Shown in pieces: positions 53,183 to 62,314 of a DNA stretch of 64,000 nucleotides. The stretch is taken from NCBI RefSeq assembly GCF_006345805.1, contig NC_043002.1, positions 115,692,001 to 115,756,000 on the forward strand. Reading direction: 5' to 3'. Below the pieces are notes generated by a model. That model was not told the origin of the DNA, ran no database searches, and saw nothing but the letters and a program-made list of their open reading frames with translations. The DNA comes from Octopus sinensis (lineage: Eukaryota). Made by a program: the position numbers and the translations under genes. How positions within the stretch are numbered: the first letter of the stretch is position 1; each line of letters begins with the position of its first letter.

Positions 53183-56100
53183 GGAGTAAACACATAAATG
53201 TGAAACAAGGTGGAAAAAAGAGTACTCCAATACCAGTGGTAGAGTAATATGCTTTATTTAAAGCAGCAGAAAATTCAACAAAATCTGTTACTCTGAGTTT
53301 CTCGTTGCCGTTCATCAGACAGTTTTTTTCTAACAAAAACTGTCTGATGAACAGCAACGAGAAACTCAGAGTAACAGATTTTGTTGAATTTTCTGCTGCT
53401 TTAAATAAAGTATATATATATATATTTACACACATAATTAGCATCATTTGAAAGCTGCTAAAATTATGTAAAATACATTGTGACCAGGATGTATAACAAC
53501 ATCCAATAGTTTCATTGAACATGAGATCACATCATATAAATGTAGCATGTGTCTTCTACTATAGCCCCAGGCCACCTAATGCCTTGTGAGTGAATTTGGT
53601 ATATAGAAATTGTAGAAAACCTACAATATATACGTGTGTGTATGCATGCATGTGTGTGCACACATATGCATAAGTGTTAATTCCACGCTTAACACCATAT
53701 GAGAAAAACAGTTATGATGTTGACATTGTGACTGGTCACTCCGCACTTTCTGAATAAAAAAATAAGTGGCAATGAGAGGAACACCTGGCCATAATGTCCC
53801 ACCTCAAAAGATTCCCCATCCGACCTATGTTGGCATGGAAAAACAAATGTTAAACAAACAAATTAATATAAGTTAAAGCCATCTGAATGCTAGTGACACT
53901 TGAAGAGGAGAGGGGACGTGTTGCAAGATTCACAGACAGCAGATGGACCTGTGCAGCTGCTGAGTGGTAGCCAAGAGATTGGAAAAGGCCTCTTGGAAGG
54001 CATCCATGACAATGGGAATGCAATTTAGTCAAGCAATTTGGATCGAGTTGGAAAAGAATGGCACAATCAAGACAAAATTGGAAGTGCATTGTGACCAATG
54101 GTGTATCACAGCATCTGATGGTCTAATCAATACTGTGATATATATATCCAGCTTATTCTGCTGTAAAACACCATCCAAACTGAACAATAAAAAATAATGT
54201 GATAATTTTCTGTTTTGATTATAATCAACAAAATTGAAATGGTTTTTGATATTTTTCTGATTATTATTTTATTCCTATGATTTGGATAGTACTTCCAGTG
54301 AATCACTGTTAGAAGCCTCCTCTTCTAATTTCAATTAATCTATAAGCTGACATATAGATCAGTTATACAGTTTCCAATTCAGAAAACCTATTTCTTCTTA
54401 ATTTCCCTAAAGCCTACTTATTGCTAAATTTATCCACTATGATTTGTAACATCTGTATTTTTGTTTAATGATGTTTATGTACCAAAAGCTTGAGCAGGTT
54501 TTTAAATTCTGGCAAATCCTGATATTCTTTCAGCCAATTAAGTGATACACTTTTACTTGTTCTTTTCTTTATATGCTCAGACATTATACACATTTTTCCC
54601 CCTCAATATCCACAGACAAACATTTCCAACGTTTCATTGACTCCACACTTTCTGTTACAGTCACTTTGCCTCAGATCTTCTTCCCTAGTGTTGTTGCAGT
54701 AAACTATTCTGAAAAGAAGCATTTTGTTGGATTTGAAGCTTATAAACCCAAGAATCGTCTTTCTTCAAAGATCATGCATGTATTTGGACTTTCGGACAAA
54801 GTAGATAAGGTAAGAGATCACTGTAATACCTTTTCTTGCTAACATTCAATTGAGGAGGATGTGGAATGAAACAGTGGATGCTCACATTTCAAGAAAAGCA
54901 TTTTTTTATAAAGGTTTTGGCATTTATAAGCAGCCCTCTTTCCCTCTTTCTGGCGAGGATGTAGTCAACTGGCTAGTGTGTCTGCCAGAACGGTAGGTGA
55001 CTAGGTGAGAGGTGGGTTTCCTGAAGTTGGTATTGCAAACCATAAGGTCATTTGCATCGCAGAATTCCAGGAGCCTGGTTCCCTCCTCATTGCGAGAACC
55101 AAAACAGTAGCCTCCATGTACACCATGGAAGCCCCCGATGTGCCATCCAACATGTCCATTGAAGTCACCTGCCACAAAGAGAAGGTCCATGTCATTTGTC
55201 AACGAGGTAGTCTGCAATAGGGTGTCGTAGAATATGCTCACACACAAATGCACATACACATATATGATCAATTAACAACTACTTTTCCATACTTTCATGG
55301 GTCAGGTGAATTTATTGAGGCAGATTTTCTTTGGCCAGATGCCCTTCCTGTCACCAACTCTGACCTGTTTCTAAGCAATGTTGTATTTTCCCATAGATAG
55401 ACATGTTTTTCATAGAAGGCTGGAAATGAACAATCTCATTTGTATGACGATGATGATTACAACCATCACAAGATGTCTACACATGGGTATACATAAACAC
55501 AAACACTCTCACAAATATAACTATACATACATTAATATATGTATACATTCACACACATGAAGTGTGTGAAGGTGCATGGCTCAGTGGTTAGAGAGTCGAG
55601 CTTACGATCATGAGGTTGTGAGCTCGAATCCCGGACCGGGCTGTGTGTTGTGTTCTTGAGCAAGACACTTTATTTCACGTTGTTCCAGTTTACTCAGCTG
55701 TAAATGAGTTGCAACGTCACTGGTGCCAAGCTGTATCGGCCCCTTTCCCTTGGATAACACTCGTGGAATGGAGAGGGGAGGCCGGTATGCATGGGTGACT
55801 GCTGGTCTTCAATAAACAAACTTGCCCGGACTTGTGCCTGGGAGGGTAACTTTCTAGGTGCAATCCCATGGTCTGTGTCATGACCGAAGGGGGTCTCAGA
55901 ACACTCACTCACACACACATACACACACACACACATATATATATCATCATCATCACTTAACATCTGTTTTCTATATTGGCATGGGTTGGATGGTTCAACC
56001 AGAACTTGTGAGGTCAGGGGCCGGACCAGGCTCCATAGTTTGTCCATTTCTATGGCTGGATGCCCTTCTTAATGCCAACCAATCCACAGAGTGCACTGGG

Positions 56101-57683
56101 TGCTTTTAACATGGCACCAGTGCTTTTTATGTGGTACCGGCACCAGTATCAATTCTGCTGTAACAGATGGATCTTTTTGAGTATAGCAATGCGCCAGGTA
56201 TCTCAGTCCAAAGTCACCTCCCTCATAGGGCTCAGTGTCTTGAGATCAGCCTTCAATACTTCATCCCATGTCTTCTTAGGTCTCCTTTTTCTGCAAGATC
56301 CATCCATTTTAAATTATCAGCACTTCATGGATAAACAGATAAGGAATATAATATTTATAATATGTGAGTCATATTTTCCTCATCTTGAATTTTTATGGCT
56401 GCATAACAGTAAATTTAAAAATCATTCTATAGTAATGTTCTGAGTCAAAAGCCAGCTAGCTTTGTAAACCAATAGTTTTGTAAATTTTAATGAGTGTTCA
56501 GGGGTGCTGGGGCAATTCATTGATTAAATTGACCCTAGTACTTGATTGAAACGGATGAAAGAGCAAGAATACTGTACCAGAATTTAAATTCAGGTTGTAA
56601 GGAGTCAGAACAAATACCACAAGGCACTTTGTTCAGTTCTCCAGGGATTAAAGGCAGTCTGTATGCAACTGTCTACATTCATATACAAAACTCTCCTTGT
56701 AAATTAGATAATACATGAAGGCAAATCTCCCATCATCGCCTCAACAATGCAATGGTTTTTTATCCTTTTGTTCTTTTACTTATTTTTTTAAGCCTAGTAC
56801 TTATTCTATTAGACTCATTTGCCGAGCAGCTAAGTTACAGGGACATAAACACACCAACACCGGTTGTCAAGCAGTGATGGGGGGGAACAAACACAAAGAC
56901 ACACACATAGATATATACATACAACAGGCTTCTTGGTTGCTTGATTGGGGACAAAGACACACACAATGGGCTTCTTTCAGTTTCCATCTACCAAATCCAC
57001 TCACAAGGCTTTTGGTAAGCCCAAGGCTATAGTGGAAAACATCTGCCGTAAATGCCATGCAGCAGGACTGAACCTGGAACCTTGTGGTTGGGAAGCAGGC
57101 TTCTTACCACACAGCCATGCCTATACCTGCAAAGTATTATCTATAAAATCCGTTCTGTCTGTGTGTATGTCTTCTAGGATCTCAGGCATCCTCCATTCAA
57201 TTGCGCTCAAATTTGATATGTAAATAGCGACGGTATCAGGGCGTGTATAAATCTTGAAAACATTACAAAAATCGATTCCAGGTGAGAATGTGATTGATAA
57301 AGCCATTTTTGTCCTGCTTTTATTCCATCAACTTGTACATAACTGCACCTTCCATTTTTTGTTGTTTTTGTTCTGCTTAAAGGCACGTTTCTTTCCTGCC
57401 AAGCTTACTGTTTAAACCATGTTTGTGTTCTCCCAGTCAACAGCCTTATCATTACTGGTACTTTAAACTCTTTGGTTGCATATTTGTGTGAATAAAATCG
57501 TTTTTCTTTGGAATAGAAAAAAAGTCTATCTTTATTTTTTCTTTTGCTGGTGTCTCAATTTAGGTTAAATCAGTGTTTCTCAAAGGGGAGGCCTATGGGA
57601 CGGTCGGACAAGTTGTTTTGAGAAAATTTGGTTTAAATGTTTGACAACTCAGCACCATCCGTTGGACAGAAAGAAGCCCATCG

Positions 57684-57714
<31 letters not shown>

Positions 57715-60700
57715 TTGTCCCCCCAAAATCACTCGATAACTGATGCTGGTGTGTTTACGTCCCCATAACTTAGTGGTTCAGCAAAAGAGACCGATAGAAT
57801 AAGTACTAGGCTTACAAAGAATAAGTCCTGGGGTTGATTTGCTCGACTAAATGCAGTGCTCCAGCATGGCCAAAGTCAATATATCTGTATATACATCTAC
57901 ATTTGTCAGTATACATGGCTAGATGCTTTTATCTTGTAGTTCACATGCTATAATTTACCACACCCTAACAAACCACAAGAAGTCCATTACTATTATTTTA
58001 TAAATACTATTAATAAACACCAGGTGTTCAAGTATGGAGCTCTGCTTGTTGTAGACTAGTGTTAGTAACAATATATTTACAACATATCAATATATTTATA
58101 AATATTGATATAGGCAAAACGTGCTGTGGCATATACATGAGAAGAATCAACTTTGTCTTTCAGCCTTTCAGAGTTGATAGAAATATGTACCAGTTGAGTA
58201 CTAGGATTGATATAATCAATTTGCATCCTCCCTCACAATTGCTGGCCTTGTGCCAAAACTTGACATCAATATGGACAGTGAAAATGCATTTTGTTTAAAA
58301 TTCCATTGAGTTATCAAAGCAGTTTTTCTCATAAAAACAAGCACTTGAACTTTCAATATATTAGAAAATATTATTTTTAATTTCTTCTCTTTTATTGAGA
58401 AAAATGAATCATTCTGATTTTACTTTTTAAAAATCTGTTTTTTATAACAGACTGTATTGAATGAATTGACCTATTTAAACATAGGTAAAATGTGTGTATG
58501 TGTGTGTGAAGTTATTTTTCATACATATCCAGTGTTTGTATAAAAGTTGTTGCTTATTTTTAATTTTGTTTGGAGCCAAGCTTCTGCCAAGTGTCTGTGT
58601 AAAAATCATTGCTTTTTTGTAATTTTGTTTCGTGCTAAGTTTCTGATAAAGTTCTGAATGTTAGATTTTTCTCTTCAAATTGTTTATGGAAAAGACTAAA
58701 ATTGTTGAAATCTTTTTTATATTTCAGTTCAAAATTGAATACGAAATCTTTCCATCCGTTTTCTCAGCTATCTTCCAGGATTTGAAAATAAAACCTCCAG
58801 ATTATCAAGTAAGAAATTACAACCTTCCTTTGCTGAACGGGTGAAAATTTATGTAAACCTAATTTGAGAGGTAGGCCCCGAAACAGCATGCATTCTCTCC
58901 TGATGACCCCATACACTTGCTGGCTTCTAGTATGCAGAGTTCTTGACTGGTAGTACTTGCATGTGTAAGTTGTTAGCAAGACATCGATATCGTTAGGAAT
59001 TATATCATTAGATCAACACATAATGAAGATAAATTTTAGACTATCAAAAGCCACATTGTTATCAGTGTAATGTTTTTATCCTTTTCTAGAAGATACATGT
59101 TCATAATTTTATAAGTTACAAAACAAACATTTAGGCAGCGTTGACTCTGACTCAAATGCTAGAGTCATGTGTGCTGCTTGCATCTGTTTACAAAAAGCAA
59201 TCTAAATTCTCTCCTACCACTTAAAAGAATATGTGTGTGTATATTGAAGGATAATGTACAAGTATAGGTGTATATGTATATACAGGGTGCTGACAGTATT
59301 CATTTGCTTGATGACTATCTCAGGAAAAACTAAAACAATGTTTTTATTTTTTGTGATGTTTTCATCAAATTTGAGTCAGTTTGTCTTCATGACATGTTCT
59401 GTCAATCTCCCTCAATGAACCCACCTTTGACCTTGATAACAGCCCCCAGGCAACCTTAGAACTGGCCACAGGCTTTCATCACTATCTCCCATTTTAGACC
59501 CTTTGAAGGCCCTTGTAATCCTGGTCCTCAGCTTACCTTTCATATTGCAACTAAATTTATTGGTCTCTCATTCCACTGTGCCTCACACAAACAAGTTGAG
59601 TGGGTTGCAGTCAGGCAAGTTGGGAGCCCAAATGTCAGGTGCTGTATAATTGAAGATATAATTGATGTATAATTGATAACACATATTCTGATAATACCCA
59701 GAGGATGTCCAATTTCATGCAGACCTCATGAACTCACTGCATAATTCAATAACCAACTATCATTCCTTGATGTTTTGATGTGAAAGACAGAGGTGGGTTT
59801 CAAAACATCAAAATATTGAAAGCCATCAGCTGCTGAACTGTACTTAAAACTATCTCTCTATCTTGTGTTCAGTGTGTGTAGAAGGGAATTGTCTAATGCC
59901 TATGTTATCAGGCAAATTATTCTTCAGTATGTCAGATTATATAGACAAAATGAGTCACTTGAAGTTTGTATTCCTGAATTATACCCACCGTCAAGTATCA
60001 ACCCTACTCTGGACATATTGTTTCCCTGGGTGTGGACACATTAAAGCTCCAATGTCTGGTAACTGACTTGACAGACATCCACAAGATTATTAACCATCTT
60101 TTCAACGACAACCTTTGGGCATCTTTTTGAATTCCATATTTCTAACATTCATTGACATGCTTACAAAATCAGACAACACAGCATCCATGACTTCCAGAGA
60201 CATTTTTTCACACTCAGAATTGCTGAAGCTTAGAATAAACTACCCACGTCAGTTGTTATCTGTCAGGACACTATATCCTTCAAAACTGCCAAGCTTCTTG
60301 AAATTCACCAACAGTACACCTGATGCCCCTAACCCCTGATGCCCCTAACCCCCGTATTTTTCTTTTTTAAAGACTCGTCTGCTGTTCACTTCTTGTGCAT
60401 ATTCTCTGTAGTCTTCATGCAGCCTTGGTTTCTTTCTCTGATGAATTGTAGTACACCTGGGCACTGTATATGATAAGTTCTTTATATATTACAAATACCT
60501 TAACCATTATATGAAGCTACAGTCGTTCTTGAGTTAGAGATTAAACCAAAACCCATTGTGTCTCAATTTGTCTGAAAAAAAAATTCAGAGAATTTGTAGT
60601 GTATTAGAAACTGTGTTTGAAAGTAACACCAAATTTTTAAAATTCTTTACCTGCATTAAATTTAGCCAACAATGGCAAGAACATAAGAGTGGCATCTATA

Positions 60701-61664
60701 TCTGATGAATCTGTGGAATATTTTATGAGAGAGAAACCAAAGTTAGAAGAGAGGAAAATAAGAAGCCTTTGCAGGAGGGGAGGAAATATGTGTCCGGACC
60801 ATCTCAACATGTATATAGTGCAAGAAAGAAAAATCATCCAAAGAATTGTCTTATATATCGCATTACACACATCTAACAACAATGAATTATGCCCTAGAAG
60901 AGAAGGTACTACAAAATGAATGTCACTTGTTATCACCTTTTCTTTTTATTAATTAAATGATCTTTTATCTTTCATGTGTTTCAGTCATTAGACTGTGGCC
61001 ATGCTGGGGCACCACCTTGAAGAATTCTAGCTGAACTAATCAACCCCAGTACTTATTTTCTTTTTAAGCTGGTATTTATTCTATTGATTGTTTTTGCCAA
61101 ATTGGTAAGTTTTGAGGACATAAACAAACCAACAATGGCTGTCAAACAGTGGCAAGGGGACAAACACAAATGTAGACACAAAGACTAACACACACACACA
61201 CACGATGGGATCCTTTCAGTTTCCATCTACCAAATCTACTCAAAAAGCTTTGGTAGAAGACACTTGCCCAAGTGCCATGCAGTAGGACTGAACCTGACAC
61301 CCTGTGGTTAGGAAGCAAACTTCTTAGCACACAACCACCACAATTTTTATAATTACAATATATTTTTATAGAATATTTCATTAGTTATATGATTCCAATT
61401 TGTTTATTTTGTATGCATTTTTTCTTTCCACAATAGTCTATAACATGTTTTTGTCTTTATTTTAAAGGTCATGCTGGTTATGCCTTTGAATATTAGTAAA
61501 AAAGATAAGGAAAATATTATGAAAATATTGATGAACCGGTTCCATGTACAAGGAGTGTGTATGGTAACACAAGCTATCACAGCTCTCTATTCCTACAAAT
61601 CCAAATCTGGTATAATGGTTGATATTGGTGAAAGACTGGAGGTTATTCCTATTTATGATGGAAA
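21480..61664 (+). CDS. Multi-exon gene (partial, open at both ends): PH domain fused to a divergent actin-like (Arp) domain
   Basis: Exons 21480-21498, 21623-21741, 30119-30163, 34137-34280, 35742-35834, 46698-46838, 52073-52133, 54661-54809, 58728-58808 and 61468-61660/61664 join in one frame with matching phases: [46 protein letters not shown]|[15 protein letters not shown]|[48 protein letters not shown]|[31 protein letters not shown]|[47 protein letters not shown]|[21 protein letters not shown]|[49 protein letters not shown]|[27 protein letters not shown]|[66 protein letters not shown] count the 19-nt and 119-nt segments as one linked unit where I say nine exons; there are ten segments if the micro-exon is counted separately. 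Confidence 0.88.
21623..21741 (+). CDS. Exon, linker upstream of PH (GSKSKKEID...NQWDP), phase 1 to 0
   Basis: Acceptor ttttcttctgttctag, donor gtaaga, open frame (overlaps ORF 21655..21888). Confidence 0.75.
23657..24021 (-). mobile_element. SINE family C
   Basis: Matches 7706-8112. Confidence 0.85.
24555..26625 (-). mobile_element. Truncated RTE-clade LINE (RT, 3' UTR with ~65-bp subrepeats, (GAT)n tail)
   Basis: [33 protein letters not shown] and LHGSETW across ORFs 26280..26492, 25655..26125 and 25402..25689. Confidence 0.92.
28920..29815 (-). mobile_element. RTE LINE 3' fragment
   Basis: HGSETW-region homology to 25400-25540, plus the tail. Confidence 0.8.
30119..30163 (+). CDS. 45-nt exon ([15 protein letters not shown]), phase 0 to 0
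   Basis: Strong acceptor tttattttcag and donor gtaagt; frame-preserving and stop-free. No motif support. Confidence 0.6.
31000..33100 (-). mobile_element. Possible highly decayed DNA transposon (hAT-like), carrying the 31899 palindrome
   Basis: Coding-like composition on the - strand with many stops; no motif I can pin down. Confidence 0.25.
31899..32173. repeat. Fold-back palindrome, about 135-bp arms, 3-nt loop (CTC)
   Basis: Inner ~57 bp are perfect; the outer part has about 5 mismatches and a 4-nt indel. Confidence 0.93.
33500..33780 (-). mobile_element. CR1/L2 3' end relic
   Basis: [21 protein letters not shown] resembles the CR1 RGH..KL.K......R..FFS terminus. Confidence 0.55.
34137..34280 (+). 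CDS. Exon, PH domain N-terminal strands (EGVMEKLP...KTWKRRYF...LVYYD)
   Basis: Acceptor tcttcttcag, donor gtacat; 48 codons; PH beta1-beta3 pattern (G-x-x-x-K, WKRRYF, L-x-YY). Confidence 0.9.
35742..35834 (+). CDS. Exon, PH domain middle ([16 protein letters not shown]...IGIDDG)
   Basis: Acceptor catatttttag, donor gtaagt; 31 codons, phase 0 to 0; P-x-x-x-I-x-L pattern of PH beta4. Confidence 0.88.
36711..37465 (+). repeat. Composite duplicated block, copy 1 (copy 2 at 55943-56660)
   Basis: Same order and junctions of RTE tail, AT-rich spacer and decayed SINE in both copies. Confidence 0.85.
39000..39470 (-). repeat. RTE-type tail with 3-4 tandem ~90-110-bp units
   Basis: Repeated ggcaccagcactggtgaggtctgttttggcatggtttttaca. 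Confidence 0.75.
39955..40355 (+). mobile_element. SINE family C
   Basis: Matches the family consensus seen in the other copies. Confidence 0.8.
40530..40820 (-). mobile_element. RTE LINE 3' tail
   Basis: Tail consensus as at 18605 and 24555. Confidence 0.75.
41570..43672 (-). mobile_element. 5'-truncated, frameshifted Penelope-like element (RT + GIY-YIG), Neptune type
   Basis: ORF 42916..43692 has [26 protein letters not shown] and HP-H-K motifs. A Cys linker CNDSRCGTC lies near 42590-42625. The GIY-YIG is split over ORFs 42413..42607 and 42244..42483 ([10 protein letters not shown] / KYVGQTG). Confidence 0.92.
43686..43924. repeat. Perfect palindrome, 118-bp arms, 3-nt loop (ATC)
   Basis: Arms are exact reverse complements about position 43805. 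Confidence 0.97.
43832..43894 (+). ncRNA. Type I hammerhead-ribozyme-like motif (identical mirror copy on - strand at 43716-43778)
   Basis: Stem I agataa/ttatct; core CCGAAGA (U4C variant); stem II gatg...catc with inner gtgg/ccac; GAAA at 43876-43879; stem III act-cag-agt; predicted GUU cleavage after 43888. There is one extra nucleotide before GAAA. Confidence 0.6.
44021..44264. mobile_element. MITE-like inverted repeat (~110-bp arms)
   Basis: atgaagtcaaaccaaatagttatattttgaaatc...gcaagacc versus the reverse complement of the right arm; several mismatches are TG/CA at former CpGs. Confidence 0.7.
44626..44912. repeat. Compound (TA)n/(TATG)n microsatellite; similar tracts at 470-635, 6340-6540, 9135-9185, 9395-9442, 12690-12785, 40820-40990, 53120-53180, 63300-63380; (AAT)n at 5340-5400 and 62315-62370
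   Basis: Visible directly; these tracts are the source of the YI/CV/TH low-complexity ORFs. Confidence 0.98.
45680..46345 (-). mobile_element. RTE LINE 3' fragment
   Basis: ORF 45972..46289 reads [10 protein letters not shown]...GRGRPRKTW. Confidence 0.85.
46698..46838 (+). CDS. Exon, PH domain C-terminal strand and helix ([22 protein letters not shown]) plus linker
   Basis: Acceptor tgaatag, donor AAG|gtaaga; 47 codons; conserved Trp helix S-x-x-E-x-x-x-W-x-x-A-L. Confidence 0.9.
47859..48205 (+). mobile_element. Helentron-associated (HINE/DINE-1-like) non-autonomous element
   Basis: 5' acaagagcactc...acctcctccaaggc, an (ACAG/ACAA) tract, and a 3' hairpin acctccgcctt...aaggcaaaggt. Confidence 0.55.
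48325..48620 (+). mobile_element. R4/Dong-like non-LTR RT C-terminal relic
   Basis: YKYLGIL...[24 protein letters not shown]...[17 protein letters not shown]. Confidence 0.7.
48896..50788. mobile_element. Non-autonomous DNA element with ~235-bp near-identical terminal inverted repeats
   Basis: 48896-49131 is the reverse complement of 50555-50788. There are internal repeats of a ctcatgtaatttgcac-like motif and no transposase ORF in the track. Superfamily and TSD are not resolved. Confidence 0.85.
51030..51280 (+). mobile_element. R4/Dong-like RT relic
   Basis: HLLYMDDLK ... KQFSDD ... YKYL. Confidence 0.65.
52073..52133 (+). CDS. Exon, actin-fold phosphate-1 motif ([17 protein letters not shown])
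   Basis: Acceptor cttgttacag, donor G|gtaagt; aligns with actin ALVVDNGSGMCKAGFAG; phase 0 to 1. Confidence 0.9.
53252..53410. repeat. Near-perfect palindrome, 76-bp arms, 7-nt loop, between (TA)n tracts
   Basis: One mismatch (53309/53353) at a CpG. Confidence 0.95.
53280..53327 (-). ncRNA. Type I hammerhead-ribozyme-like motif (mirror copy on + strand at 53335-53382 with one stem II mismatch)
   Basis: Reads ctgt CTGATGA a cg-gcaa-cg a GAAA ct-cag-ag TA acag: canonical CUGAUGA core, GNRA-capped stem II, GUA cleavage triplet, stem I ctgt/acag. Position 10.1/11.1 is A-A, which is non-canonical. Confidence 0.62.
54661..54809 (+). CDS. Exon, actin-fold subdomain 1/2 ([12 protein letters not shown]...FVGFEA)
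   Basis: Acceptor ttctgttacag, donor AAG|gtaaga; aligns with actin PRAVFPSIVG...YVGDEA; phase 1 to 0. Confidence 0.9.
54935..55235 (-). mobile_element. RTE LINE APE endonuclease fragment
   Basis: AGDFNGHVG...[24 protein letters not shown] (ORF 54924..55271). Confidence 0.85.
55567..55898 (+). mobile_element. tRNA-derived SINE family B, CORE/MIR-like (further copies 13305-13640 -, 28615-28905 +, 52800-53100 +)
   Basis: Head ggctcagtggttagag..gctcgaatccc; central ttgagcaagacactttatttcac..ccagt..actcagctgtaaatgag. Confidence 0.78.
56757..57124 (-). mobile_element. SINE family C
   Basis: Matches 23657-24021. Confidence 0.8.
57660..57872 (+). mobile_element. SINE family C, 3' half
   Basis: Matches 1-109 and 13050-13268. 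Confidence 0.8.
58728..58808 (+). CDS. Exon, actin-fold helix ([27 protein letters not shown])
   Basis: Acceptor ttatatttcag, donor gtaaga; 27 codons; positionally equivalent to actin IWHHTFYNELRVAPEEH. Confidence 0.85.
59690..60940 (-). mobile_element. Decayed CR1/L2-like LINE
   Basis: Degenerate RT segments (SCLT..., D..AFD-like region) antisense to ORFs 60115..60339 and 59863..60066, with many stops. Confidence 0.5.
60965..61338 (-). mobile_element. SINE family C
   Basis: Matches the family; ends about 130 nt upstream of the last exon. Confidence 0.78.
61468..61664 (+). CDS. Exon, actin-fold connect and phosphate-2 region (VMLVMP...[29 protein letters not shown])
   Basis: Acceptor tttattttaaag; aligns with actin [66 protein letters not shown]. 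The donor is ambiguous (61661 GA or 61665 GT). Confidence 0.92.
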
Positions 61665-62314
61665 GTAACATTTTTTTATTATACTATCCTTTTATTATTC
61701 ATATGTTAATTGTATGTCTTTAATCCTTTTGCATTTAAACTGGCTATATCCAACCAAAATAATCTATTTGTTTTATCTTCAAACTGGCCAGATCCAGCCT
61801 CTCACACTTACCCTACAATATTATTCTAAAAATAAATAATCACATCATTAAAATCTCAAAGCTTCAAGGTAATGCATGACTAATTCCAATCAGTGTGAAT
61901 AAATAAGTGTTACATTTGATACAGAAATCTGAATGTGAAAGAGTTAGATATTTTACACTGACAAAACAATATTCTACGAGGTTTGAATCCTAACCCTTTT
62001 GATACCAACTTACCTGAGACCACCCCTGGTTCTATTATACAACCTTCCTGTTTTAAAATGTTCTAAATTAAAACCTTCCATCAAAATTTTATATCAATTT
62101 ATGCTCCTAATTCCAGTTAAATAATGACAAAGTTATTTTCAAAATTAGTTGAAACAAAGGCATTGTATATCAACAGATATATGATAATAAAAGGGTTAAG
62201 AGAGAATTTTAAATGAATGCAAGTAAAAAAAAACTGTGATTAGGGACCCAACTATAAAAGCTCAGTACATTTTTAGACATGAAGCAGCAATATTGGGATT
62301 GCTTTATTGACAAA

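Noticed and set aside
55567-55650. tRNA-like A/B-box sequences at SINE heads
   Set aside because: They continue into SINE bodies and lack a complete cloverleaf; not called as tRNA genes.
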